Part shown: piece after piece, positions 19,870-30,597 of the stretch
Layout of the letters: each line of letters begins with the position of its first letter
How positions within the stretch are numbered: the stretch's first letter is position 1
Assembly: GCA_964480345.1 (NCBI GenBank)
Contig: CAYZNW010000001.1
Location: forward strand, 82,137 to 146,136
Direction of reading: 5' to 3'
Origin: an uncultured Candidatus Saccharibacteria bacterium
Lineage (GTDB): Bacteria > Patescibacteriota > Dojkabacteria > SC72
Length of the DNA: 64,000 nucleotides
Made by a program: the position numbers and the translations under genes
The notes under the pieces: model-generated
Told to the model about the DNA's origin: nothing
Seen by the model: the letters and a program-made list of their open reading frames with translations, nothing else
Database searches by the model: none

Positions 19870-20564
19870 CTAGGCTTGCCTCTAAATAAGCAGAAAGCAT
19901 GAAGTGATACTGATGGTTTGCAGATTCTCTTTATACTTCTCCCAACTGAATTAATTGTATTGCCAGTAGTTATTACATCATCTACAACTACTATATTTTT
20001 GTATCTATTAATCTCATTTATATCCTTTACTGCGAACCTATCCTCAGAAATATTTGCTCTCTGGTCTTTCAAAAGTGATGCTTGATGAATATCTAAGTTA
20101 TTCAAATCTACCAACACATTATTTAAATATTTAAAACCGAATTCTTTAGATAAAATCTCAGCTATCCTCTCAGTCTGATTAAAACCTCTATCTCGTAACC
20201 TCCTTGAAGAGATAGGAGTTGGTAGAACCAATGTATTCTCTAACTCTTTAATATACTTGAAATCTTTTGTAATAGTTGGAATTAAACTCTCTAGCAAGGT
20301 ATTGATATCGTAAACCGCAGAATACTTATATCTCTTCAGAAATATGGAAGAGATATCATTGTACTCCCATGCTACAAATACGGAATCAAACACACTGTTC
20401 TGTTTACAAGTATCATGAGTTTTGTAATGCTGAGATACTTTTCTACAAACATAGCATTCAGGTAGATTCCTTTTAAGAAGTTTTCTACACTCATCACAAA
20501 GATATGTACCAATCTTTCCACAGATAGAACAAGATCGTGGATATAGGATATCTAAAATATTCAT
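19860..20564 (-). CDS. comF: ComF-family phosphoribosyltransferase-domain protein
   Basis: An N-terminal Cys4 zinc ribbon (CSICGKIGTYLCDECRKL...CYVC) and a C-terminal type-I PRTase motif VVVDDVITTGNTINSV. Confidence 0.7.
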   Translation of the reverse strand: MNILDILYPRSCSICGKIGTYLCDECRKLLKRNLPECYVCRKVSQHYKTHDTCKQNSVFDSVFVAWEYNDISSIFLKRYKYSAVYDINTLLESLIPTITKDFKYIKELENTLVLPTPISSRRLRDRGFNQTERIAEILSKEFGFKYLNNVLVDLNNLDIHQASLLKDQRANISEDRFAVKDINEINRYKNIVVVDDVITTGNTINSVGRSIKRICKPSVSLHAFCLFRGKPSYS

Positions 20565-20668
20565 AATCCAATATTAAAATAGAAATATGAAAAGATAGTG
20601 AAATAATTAAAATTTTGGTATAAACTATGAAAGCTACTTCAATATAATTATTCCGTTTAAGAGAAAAC

Positions 20669-22462
20669 ATGTTTGAGTTCTTGAAGAAAAAAAATAGTGT
20701 ATATATGGTAATGGCTCTTTTGTTAATTACAAAAGTATTAGGCTTTCTTAAGCTACGAATAGTAGCACAACTATTTGGTGTGTCTCATGAACTAGATATC
20801 TTTTGGGCTGCATTTACAATCCCTGATATGCTGTTTATGATAATAGTTGCAGGTTCTATCAATGCTTCCATTATTCCAATATTCACAGAAATATTTCATA
20901 AGAAAGGACAGGAGTCTCTTGATAGATTCTTTAACAATTTAAGCTTGGTAATTAATTACACTGTAATAATAATTGCAGGAATCTTTTTCATATTTACTCC
21001 TCAACTAACTGAATTTCTAATTAATTCTGAAAGTATACAGAACACATTAAATTTTGCTCATAAGATAGGAAGTGAAGATTTTGATCTGTTTGTAAATTTG
21101 ACTAGGATAATGATGATATCTCCTGTTTTACTAGGTATTAGCACTTTGTTAACAGGGTATCTACAATCAAGAAAACAATTTTTCATTACATCTCTTGCTC
21201 CTCTGTTCTATAACTTAGCAATGATTATCGGTCCAATACTGTTTGTTGCTTACATGAGAAGTGGAGTGTATGGAATAGCATGGTCAGCAGTAATTGGATC
21301 TTTACTACATTTACTGATTCAAGTTCCTGCATTTAAGAAATTGTATAACAGTAAATTCTCTTTTGGTTTTTCTACTTTGAAGAGTGCGTTAAAAGACAAA
21401 CAGCTGTTAAGAGCTTTGAAATTAGCAGTTCCTAGAACTATATCTATAATTGGAGAACAAATAAATGTTGTTGTTAATACATTAATTAGTTTCTCTCTAG
21501 CTGCTGGAGCTCTTAGTGCATACAAATTTGCATTAAGTCTACATATGTTCCCCATAAACATCATTGGAACTTCTGTAGCTCAAGTATCCCTACCAGATTT
21601 AACAGAACACTGTGAAGATAAGAAAGAGTTTGGAAAAATTCTTAATCGAGCTATTCAGCTTTCGTTGTATCTTGTCTTACCAATAGTTGCAGTTCTCTTG
21701 ATATTAAGATTCCCAATTGTACGATTAGCATACGGCACAGGAGCTTTTGACTGGAGAGCTACCATTATTACTGCTTGGTGTCTTGTTCTGCTCTCTCTTT
21801 CCGTAGTAGGGCAAACAGTGACTCAGATTCTGTTACGAGCATTTTATGCTATCAAAGAAACATGGCTTCCACTTCTTGCAGTAGCTATATGTATTGTTCT
21901 AAATATCCTTCTCGCATACTGGTTTACTAATTTCTTCAGTCACTATTACGACTGGAGACCAATTGTTAAACAGATGGCGGATCAAGTATCTGTATCAAAT
22001 GGGTCTGGCTTTTTTGAAGTACTTCTTTCTTTCATAAAAGATATTTCAGTATGGTGTTCTTCTAGAGGAGATTCTGATATGGCAGTAGGAGGTCTTTCAT
22101 TAAGTTTAAGTGTTACCTATTTTGTTGAGATGATAATTCTTGCTTTCTTACTTAACAGAAAAATTAAAATTCTTTCTTGGAAAGAGACAATCCAACCATC
22201 TTTAGTAAAAGTAATAAATTCAGGATTTATGGCAGTAGGTATGTATTTTCTTTACAGACTTTTTGACTTTCAGTTAGATACTAGTCGTACAATTTCAATC
22301 ATAATCTTAACTGCTTGTACTACTTTGTATGGAGGTGTGTCATATTGGATAGGATCGAAAGTCTTTAATATTGAAGAGTTAGAATATTTTGAAAAGAAAC
22401 TATTTTCATTACGGGATAGAGTTTTAAAAAGAAAGAGGGAGAAAAATGAAGAGAATTGTTAA
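20669..22462 (+). CDS. murJ: Lipid II flippase MurJ (MviN)
   Basis: LGFLKLRIVAQLFGVSHELDIFWAAFTIPDMLFMIIVAGSINASIIPIFTE matches the MurJ N-terminal blocks. About 14 TM helices. Confidence 0.8.
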   Translation: MFEFLKKKNSVYMVMALLLITKVLGFLKLRIVAQLFGVSHELDIFWAAFTIPDMLFMIIVAGSINASIIPIFTEIFHKKGQESLDRFFNNLSLVINYTVIIIAGIFFIFTPQLTEFLINSESIQNTLNFAHKIGSEDFDLFVNLTRIMMISPVLLGISTLLTGYLQSRKQFFITSLAPLFYNLAMIIGPILFVAYMRSGVYGIAWSAVIGSLLHLLIQVPAFKKLYNSKFSFGFSTLKSALKDKQLLRALKLAVPRTISIIGEQINVVVNTLISFSLAAGALSAYKFALSLHMFPINIIGTSVAQVSLPDLTEHCEDKKEFGKILNRAIQLSLYLVLPIVAVLLILRFPIVRLAYGTGAFDWRATIITAWCLVLLSLSVVGQTVTQILLRAFYAIKETWLPLLAVAICIVLNILLAYWFTNFFSHYYDWRPIVKQMADQVSVSNGSGFFEVLLSFIKDISVWCSSRGDSDMAVGGLSLSLSVTYFVEMIILAFLLNRKIKILSWKETIQPSLVKVINSGFMAVGMYFLYRLFDFQLDTSRTISIIILTACTTLYGGVSYWIGSKVFNIEELEYFEKKLFSLRDRVLKRKREKNEENC

Positions 22463-23030
22463 AATTGTATTAATAGGAATCTTCTTGTTACTTGTAATAT
22501 ATCTATCTTTTGTTCTAATTAAATATTTCTCTTGGAGAAAGACATTTAACGATCAGAAAATGATAATGAACTGTACAAGTAATATGCCAGAAGTTGGATT
22601 TAATACAGATGAGAAAATTAAAAATTTTGTGCTTTCTAATTCATCGACTGCATACATAGAGTTCTCCATAGACGAAACATTGTCTTTCTTAAAAAACTAT
22701 GTAGATGTTTCTGATATGTTGACATTAAATGACCTATGTGTGAATACACAGAGAGGTCAGTGGGAAGTATATCTAGATCTAAAGTTTGGTGAATTTAATA
22801 TTCCTTGGATTAAGTTTGATGTTGTCAAAGATGTAAGAGAAACAGCTGAGCTTTATGTTAGTAATCTCTATCTTGGAGATACGAAAATCCATTCTGTTAT
22901 TTCACAAAAGATATTAACAAACATGAATAAGGGTATAAGTGATGGAATATTAATGGTTAATGAAAATAACTTCTTAGGTAGAAATATTAGTAATATTGAA
23001 CTGTTAGAAGATAAAATAGTTGTGAGATAG
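22446..23030 (+). CDS. Hypothetical membrane-anchored protein
   Basis: An N-terminal TM helix (IVKIVLIGIFLLLVIYLSFVLI) and no recognisable domain. It overlaps the murJ stop by 17 nt, which suggests translational coupling. Confidence 0.35.
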   Translation: MKRIVKIVLIGIFLLLVIYLSFVLIKYFSWRKTFNDQKMIMNCTSNMPEVGFNTDEKIKNFVLSNSSTAYIEFSIDETLSFLKNYVDVSDMLTLNDLCVNTQRGQWEVYLDLKFGEFNIPWIKFDVVKDVRETAELYVSNLYLGDTKIHSVISQKILTNMNKGISDGILMVNENNFLGRNISNIELLEDKIVVR

Positions 23031-23056
23031 AGCTTTAAATAAAGGATATTTCTTCT

Positions 23057-23114
23057 TGCAAAAACCACATCTTCGATGATACAATACTTAGCAATTGTTA
23101 AATTGATTTGCTAG
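23057..23114 (+). promoter_or_regulatory. Sigma70-like promoter (TTGCAA-N17-TACAAT) followed by CIRCE-like inverted repeat TTAGCAATT-N9-ATTTGCTAG upstream of groES
   Basis: TTGCAA at 23057-23062 and TACAAT at 23080-23085. The imperfect 9-N9-9 inverted repeat (7/9 complementary) spans 23088-23114, ending 8 nt before the groES ATG. This is the classic groESL promoter-CIRCE architecture. Confidence 0.5.
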
Positions 23115-23121
23115 AAAATCT

Positions 23122-23421
23122 ATGGCAAAAGATATAAAAATACTGCCTTTAGGTAGAAAAGTTCTTGTTAAAGCTGATGTTGTAGAAGAGAAAACATCAG
23201 GAGGATTAGTACTTCCACCTAGTTCTACAGATGGAGAGAAACCAGAAACAGGAGTAGTTATAAAGCTTGGTGATGGTACATTAAAAGGTAAGAAAGTCCC
23301 GTTTACTGTAAAAGTTGGAGATAGAGTTTACTTCAAAAAATATTCTCCTGATGAGATTGAGATTGATTCAGAGAAATATCTTCTTCTTGATGCAGATGAT
23401 ATTTTAGCAATTATTAAATAA
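23122..23421 (+). CDS. groES: Co-chaperonin GroES
   Basis: A 99-aa protein with IKPLGDRVLVK-like LPLGRKVLVK, a mobile loop and GDRVYFKKYS. Confidence 0.95.
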   Translation: MAKDIKILPLGRKVLVKADVVEEKTSGGLVLPPSSTDGEKPETGVVIKLGDGTLKGKKVPFTVKVGDRVYFKKYSPDEIEIDSEKYLLLDADDILAIIK

Positions 23422-25071
<1,650 letters not shown>

Positions 25072-25082
25072 GTAAACAACAA

Positions 25083-25122
25083 TAATGGGTAAGGAGATTA
25101 ATTCTTACCCATTACTTCATTT
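25083..25122 (+). terminator. Rho-independent terminator after groEL
   Basis: An 11-bp stem TAATGGGTAAG/CTTACCCATTA with a 10-nt loop, followed by the T-rich cttcattt. The next ATG follows immediately. Confidence 0.5.
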
Positions 25123-25428
25123 ATGAAAAAATTCATAAGAAAAATAGAGAATTTTGTATGTGAGAAATGTGGCAAGGAGAACATTGGTGATGGATATACG
25201 GATCACTGTTTTAATTGCTTGTACTCTAAACATGTTGACATAAATCCAGGTGATAGGAAATCTGAATGTAAAGGTTTAATGAAGCCTGTATATGTTGATA
25301 TAAAAGAGAAAAAATACAGAATATATTACAAATGTGAGAAATGTGGATATGAACACCGAGTGTTCTCAAATGAGAAAGATAACTTTGAAGCGATACTTTC
25401 ATTAACAGGGAAACCGTTTGTTGATTAA
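25123..25428 (+). CDS. RNHCP-domain zinc-ribbon protein
   Basis: FVCEKCGKE...GYTDHCFNCLYSKHVDINPGDRKSECKGLMKPVYVD...YKCEKCGYEHR fits the RNHCP family layout (CxxC, H-C-x-x-C, distal CxxC). About 100 aa. Confidence 0.55.
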   Translation: MKKFIRKIENFVCEKCGKENIGDGYTDHCFNCLYSKHVDINPGDRKSECKGLMKPVYVDIKEKKYRIYYKCEKCGYEHRVFSNEKDNFEAILSLTGKPFVD

Positions 25429-25438
25429 TATTGTTGAT

Positions 25439-25969
25439 TTATAATCTGATTTCTTGAGCAACTATTTTTCCTACTATTTTCTCTCTTAAATCTTTATTAA
25501 ATTCCTCTATTCCTAGTTTATCTTTAGATATAGTTAGAAACAAATCTCCATCTTCATAAATACTGTTTGGAGAGATATATAAGTAACCTTTCTTAATAGA
25601 ATCAAAAGCATTGTTTCTTAGGATAATATTGCTATCTACAACAAAGCTGTCCTCATCATACTGTATAACCCAATCAGGACAGGTATAGAAATTGAAAGTA
25701 TTCTGCTTGGAAAAACTTTTTGGAACTTCTAGGAAAAGAGGAATTTTGTTGTTTGAAGAATAATCTGCTTGATCTTTAAGTAGAGAAGAAGGGCTGATAT
25801 TTAGAGCATCAGCTAAATTAGTCAACTGTTTTAGTGGGGAGCTAACACCTCTTTCATATCTTGAGATCATTTCCCATGTTTTACCTATCATATCTCCTAA
25901 CTCTTGTTGAGTTAATTTTCTTCTTTCCCTGTATATTTTAATATTTTCACCAATGTAATTATCTTTCAT
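25439..25969 (-). CDS. XRE-family helix-turn-helix transcriptional regulator with uncharacterised C-terminal beta-rich domain
   Basis: An N-terminal HTH reads IKIYRERRKLTQQELGDMIGKTWEMISRYERGVSSPLKQLTNLADALNISPSSL. The C-terminal ~100 aa has no catalytic Ser/Lys pattern of S24 peptidases. Confidence 0.6.
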   Translation of the reverse strand: MKDNYIGENIKIYRERRKLTQQELGDMIGKTWEMISRYERGVSSPLKQLTNLADALNISPSSLLKDQADYSSNNKIPLFLEVPKSFSKQNTFNFYTCPDWVIQYDEDSFVVDSNIILRNNAFDSIKKGYLYISPNSIYEDGDLFLTISKDKLGIEEFNKDLREKIVGKIVAQEIRL

Positions 25970-26218
25970 ATATACAGATTCTATTTACATATTCGAAGAA
26001 TTTGAATAGAACATATAGTCTTAGATACGGAATTAAATTCCTTGTTTTGTAATGACTTTGTCATGATATTGATTTAAATTTAATATATGAATAGAAAGAA
26101 GTTATGTTTTGAAATTGAAAAATTAATGAAATATTACAAAAGAAGGAGAGAATGTCCTGATTTAGATTATGTAGATATATCGGTAATGAAAAAGAAAGTA
26201 GAACGAGTAAGAAGAGTA

Positions 26219-26674
26219 TTAAGAAATAACAGCTAGCCAGTGATCTTTCAACCATAGATCTGCTCTCTTTTGCTCTTCGAGCAATCCTCTTTTTTTTAAT
26301 TCTTTGTTAATGACATTTCCCTGATGTGGTTTTTGAAACTGTTTCTCTAATGGCGAACTAAAACCGTGTGCATAGTGACATAGTTCATGAGCTATCGTTG
26401 CCTTAACAACATACTCTGGAACAATCTCATTTTTGAAATATCTAGTAATGGTAACAATAGAAATACTCTTGTTATCTTGCACCATATATTCATCAACTTT
26501 CTTTTTCATTAAACTCTTAATCTTACTTCCTTCCCTTGCTAAAGATATACAGCCTAACTGTCGTTTTGAATATTTACCAAATTTAATTAAGACTAAATTC
26601 TTTCTAGGGATATCGCAAAAATGATTCTCCCACAATTCATACAGTAAATTTTCTAAATAATTGTTGTCCCTCAT
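26219..26674 (-). CDS. SprT-like (HExxH) zinc-metallopeptidase-domain protein
   Basis: The motif block AHELCHYAHGFSSPLEKQFQKPHQGNV follows the SprT pattern HELxH..HFG....PHG. The upstream LVLIKFGKYSKRQLGCISL resembles the SprT N-terminal block. Confidence 0.5.
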   Translation of the reverse strand: MRDNNYLENLLYELWENHFCDIPRKNLVLIKFGKYSKRQLGCISLAREGSKIKSLMKKKVDEYMVQDNKSISIVTITRYFKNEIVPEYVVKATIAHELCHYAHGFSSPLEKQFQKPHQGNVINKELKKRGLLEEQKRADLWLKDHWLAVIS

Positions 26675-26708
26675 TTAATATGTTTCTGGCTCATGTTATC
26701 ATATTTTA

Positions 26709-28496
26709 ATGATTACAGAAAAATTTACAAAAAAGCTATCATCTCTAAGAAATGTCCTCTCGTTTATATATTCAAAGTATACAGGTTATGCTGTATCAAG
26801 AGATATACTTTGTATCCTCTCAGCATTTGCAGAGATAGCATCTATTACTTTTCTAGGTAAATTTATTGATACTACTACAAGAATATTTCTAGAATGGGAT
26901 AATTTTAATCTAACAGAATACATTAGATCTGATTCTTTCTTCTATCTTCTTTTAATATTACTTCTTTGGATACTCTCTCAGATCACTGCACAGGCCAGAG
27001 CGTATTTGTATGACACAATAACTGAGAAAATTGCAAAAGATACACAAGAGATGATGATAGGGAAAGTTGCAGTATCCAATATGCAGGATGTAGAGAAAGA
27101 AGACTATCAAGATATGATTACATACGCTCCTGTTTTCTCTATTCCTAAAATAGCTCCTGTATATGATTATTTCTCAGTCATATTAAGCAATATTATCCGT
27201 CTTGTTTCTGCAGTAGTTATCATCTATTCGACAATGGGATGGTCAGTACTTTTCATTACTCTCTTTGTAATTCCTGAAATATTAATTACACATTTTAGAA
27301 GAAGGAAAATTCGTAAATATCAAGACGAATCTGTAGGTAAATTAAAATTTCTTGCATATATTCAAAACCTTGCACTTACAATCTCAAACTTTTTTGAATT
27401 AAGAGTAAACAACATATATTCATATATAAAAAGAAGACATGAAAGTGAATATGAAGAGTATCAAAAAGGATATCTAAGCAAAGTATCCTCTTTCTATGTG
27501 GATAAAACAGCAGCAAGTGTAGTAGGACAAGTTTTCAAATATGCATATATATTGTATGTCCTTTCTATCTCAATATTTAAAAAGATTTCATTTGGTACAT
27601 TTAAAGCTCTCTATGATTATGTAGATGTAGCATATACAAGTATTTACAACATCTTGAATTCTGTTTCTTTAGTAAGTATTAATCTCGGATATATTGATAA
27701 GTTCTTCGGATTAGTGGAATACGATTGTTTTGGAGATAGATATCATGGTGAAAAGAAATTGAAAAGCTCAACTCCTGTCTTGGAATTCAAGAAATTAAGC
27801 TTTGCATATCCAGATGATCCTACTACTACAGTATTGAAAAATTTAAACATTACAGTTAACCCAGGAGAGCGAGTAGCATTTCTCGGCGGAGATGGTTCAG
27901 GTAAGAGTACCGTTGTAAAGATTCTTACGGGATTGTATACAGTAGAGCAAGGAGAGTATCTCTTAGATGGAGTGCCTACAAAGGATTTAGATAGAGGAGA
28001 GTTAAAGAAAAAGCTCTCCGTAATCTTCCAAGACTATATAAACTACAATTTTAGTGTTCGAGAAAATGTAGTTATATCTGGCCAGAGAAAAAATATAGAT
28101 ACAGATCTCTACAAAAAAGTAACTAAGATAGCTGGAATAGATGCTTTGAAAAAGAAAGCACATATTGATGATAGTGGTATTCTTGGAAAAGTTTTTCCAT
28201 CAGGCAAAGATCTTTCTCCTGGATACTGGCAAAGATTAGCAATTGGGAGAATGTTGTATAGAAATAGAAACATATTTGTAATGGACGAGCCTTTTACTCA
28301 TGTGGATGATATCTCTGCTGATACGATGCTAAATGAGATCTTCAAGTTTGTAGGTAGTTCAAAATCGGTCATATATATTACAAGGCGAACCAAATTTTTA
28401 AATCAATTTGATAGGGTGTATGTGTTTGAGAATGGAAAAATAGTAGATGAGGGAAAATGGAGTGATATAAAAGCAAGGCTAGGAGTATCTTCATGA
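26709..28496 (+). CDS. ABC exporter, fused permease-ATPase
   Basis: An N-terminal 6-TM domain. Walker A is GGDGSGKSTVVK. The signature-like LSPGYWQRLAIGR is degenerate relative to LSGGQ. Walker B is IFVMDEPFTHVD. Confidence 0.8.
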   Translation: MITEKFTKKLSSLRNVLSFIYSKYTGYAVSRDILCILSAFAEIASITFLGKFIDTTTRIFLEWDNFNLTEYIRSDSFFYLLLILLLWILSQITAQARAYLYDTITEKIAKDTQEMMIGKVAVSNMQDVEKEDYQDMITYAPVFSIPKIAPVYDYFSVILSNIIRLVSAVVIIYSTMGWSVLFITLFVIPEILITHFRRRKIRKYQDESVGKLKFLAYIQNLALTISNFFELRVNNIYSYIKRRHESEYEEYQKGYLSKVSSFYVDKTAASVVGQVFKYAYILYVLSISIFKKISFGTFKALYDYVDVAYTSIYNILNSVSLVSINLGYIDKFFGLVEYDCFGDRYHGEKKLKSSTPVLEFKKLSFAYPDDPTTTVLKNLNITVNPGERVAFLGGDGSGKSTVVKILTGLYTVEQGEYLLDGVPTKDLDRGELKKKLSVIFQDYINYNFSVRENVVISGQRKNIDTDLYKKVTKIAGIDALKKKAHIDDSGILGKVFPSGKDLSPGYWQRLAIGRMLYRNRNIFVMDEPFTHVDDISADTMLNEIFKFVGSSKSVIYITRRTKFLNQFDRVYVFENGKIVDEGKWSDIKARLGVSS

Positions 28497-28514
28497 ATAG
28501 TGTAAAATATAGAC

Positions 28515-29369
28515 ATGCAGATATTGGATGGAAAAAAACTTTCTGAAGAACTACTGTTTGATATTTCTGAAGAAATAGTACGATTGAAAGCAGATGGTAA
28601 AGAAACACCTAGGCTCGATGTCATAATAGCTGGAACTGATTTCGGGAGTATTAAGTATGTTCAGATGAAAGAGAAGACAGCGAAAGAGATAGGGCTAACA
28701 GCTCAGGTTCATTACTTACCTAGCGATGTTAACACTCTTGATATTGTAAATCTGATAGATTCATTAAATAAAGATAGCTCAGTAACAGGAGTTATGGTGC
28801 AATTACCATTACCTTCTCATGTTGATACAAACACGGTTCTTGAAAGCATCTCACCACTAAAAGATGTTGATGGATTAACATCTACTAATCTAGGTAAATT
28901 GTTTCAGAAAAATCCAACAGCTATTTCTCCTGCTACTCCATTAGGAATCATAAGATTGTTGGAGGAGTACAATATTAAAATTTTTGGAAAACATGTAGTA
29001 ATTTTAGGAAGCAGTAATATAGTAGGAGTTCCACTAACTGCTTTAATGCTTCAGCGTCATGCTACTGTATCTTTATGTAACTCACAAACTACAGATTTTG
29101 AAGAGACAGTAAAACTAGCTGACATTTTAGTTTCAGCTACAGGTAAGGCTCTGTTAATAAAAGGAAAATATCTAAAAAAAGATTGCGTTGTGGTTGATGT
29201 CGGATCAAATAGACATCCTGAAACTGGGAAATTAGTTGGAGATGTTGATTGGGATTCAGTACAAGGAATTCCTTCTTTCATAACTCCTGTGCCAGGAGGA
29301 GTAGGTCCAATAACAATTGCTTCATTAATGTTAAATTTAATGAATTGTTACAAGAATGATAAAGGATAG
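28515..29369 (+). CDS. folD: Bifunctional methylenetetrahydrofolate dehydrogenase/cyclohydrolase FolD
   Basis: ILDGKKLSEELL, VIIAGTDFGSIKYVQMKEK, VVILGSSNIVGVPLTALMLQ and PVPGGVGPITIASLM blocks. Confidence 0.85.
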   Translation: MQILDGKKLSEELLFDISEEIVRLKADGKETPRLDVIIAGTDFGSIKYVQMKEKTAKEIGLTAQVHYLPSDVNTLDIVNLIDSLNKDSSVTGVMVQLPLPSHVDTNTVLESISPLKDVDGLTSTNLGKLFQKNPTAISPATPLGIIRLLEEYNIKIFGKHVVILGSSNIVGVPLTALMLQRHATVSLCNSQTTDFEETVKLADILVSATGKALLIKGKYLKKDCVVVDVGSNRHPETGKLVGDVDWDSVQGIPSFITPVPGGVGPITIASLMLNLMNCYKNDKG

Positions 29370-30585
29370 TGAAATTGAAAAGTTAATTAATTCTGAGATA
29401 GAAAGACAGAGAAGTGGGATAGAGTTAATTGCTTCAGAAAATTATGTATCACAATCTGTTTTGGAAAGTATGGGTTCTATTCTGACTAATAAATATTCTG
29501 AAGGCTATGCTGGTAAAAGATATTACAAAGGTAATATCTTTGTAGATGAAATAGAGTTGGAGGCAATCAATAGAGCGAAAGAATTATTTGGTGCTGAGCA
29601 TATTAATGTTCAACCTTACTCTGGCTCCATAGCGAATCTTGCAGTTCATTTTGCGCTTCTTGAAGTAGGAGATAAGACTTTGGGAATGGCACTAGATTCT
29701 GGTGGACATCTGACTCACGGTTTTAAAGTTTCAATAAGTGGTAAGTACTTTAACTCTGCTAGTTATGAGGTTAATGAAAAAGGTTTCTTAGATTACAATG
29801 AAGTGAGAAGAATAGCTTTGGAACATAAACCGAAATTAATATGGGCGGGGTTCTCTGCATATTCTCGAATCATCGATTGGGGAGAGTTTAGAAAAATAGC
29901 TGATGAAGTAGGAGCATATCTTGTTGCTGATATAGCTCATGTTGCAGGATTAGTTGCAGTTGGAGAGTATCCATCTCCTGTTGGTATTGCAGATGTCGTA
30001 ACAACTACAACTCACAAGACGCTCAGGGGGCCTAGAGGAGCTATGATTATGTGTAATGAGGAACTAGGAGAGAAAATAGATAAGGCAGTGTTTCCAGGGC
30101 TTCAGGGAGGTCCTCACAATCATATTACAGCAGGTATAGCAGTTGCTTTAAAGGAAGCATCAACTCCAGAGTTCAAGGAGTATATTAACCAGGTTATTAA
30201 AAATTCAAAATCTCTTGCAAATTCATTATCTGAGAAAGGATACGAAATAGTTTCTGGAGGTACTGATAACCATATGTTCTTAGTTGATGTTGTCTCTTCA
30301 ATAGATTTAGGAGGAGAAGAAGTCTCTACAATTTTGGAAAAAGTGAATATTACATTAAACAAGAATGCTATACCTCATGACAGTAGAAAACCTTGGAATC
30401 CTTCAGGTATTAGAATAGGCACGCCTGCTATTACAACAAGAGGTTTGAAAGAGGAGGATATGGTGGTAATTGCTGAATTCATAGATAGAGCTTTGAGAAA
30501 CAAGGATGATGAGAAAGCTTTAAGTAATATTAAGCAAGAGGTTAAAGATTACATGTCAAAGTTTCCTCTTCCTACACTTAATTAA
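29356..30585 (+). CDS. glyA: Serine hydroxymethyltransferase
   Basis: ELIASENYVSQSVLESMGSILTNKYSEGYAGKRYY and the TTTTHKTLRGPRGAMI PLP-lysine region. Overlaps folD by 14 nt. Confidence 0.95.
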   Translation: MIKDSEIEKLINSEIERQRSGIELIASENYVSQSVLESMGSILTNKYSEGYAGKRYYKGNIFVDEIELEAINRAKELFGAEHINVQPYSGSIANLAVHFALLEVGDKTLGMALDSGGHLTHGFKVSISGKYFNSASYEVNEKGFLDYNEVRRIALEHKPKLIWAGFSAYSRIIDWGEFRKIADEVGAYLVADIAHVAGLVAVGEYPSPVGIADVVTTTTHKTLRGPRGAMIMCNEELGEKIDKAVFPGLQGGPHNHITAGIAVALKEASTPEFKEYINQVIKNSKSLANSLSEKGYEIVSGGTDNHMFLVDVVSSIDLGGEEVSTILEKVNITLNKNAIPHDSRKPWNPSGIRIGTPAITTRGLKEEDMVVIAEFIDRALRNKDDEKALSNIKQEVKDYMSKFPLPTLN

Positions 30586-30597
30586 AAATAAAGAAAC

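Noticed and set aside
20565-20668. Possible murJ promoter (TATAAT near 20639)
   Set aside because: A -10-like hexamer is present, but no convincing -35 at proper spacing. The region is too AT-rich to call.
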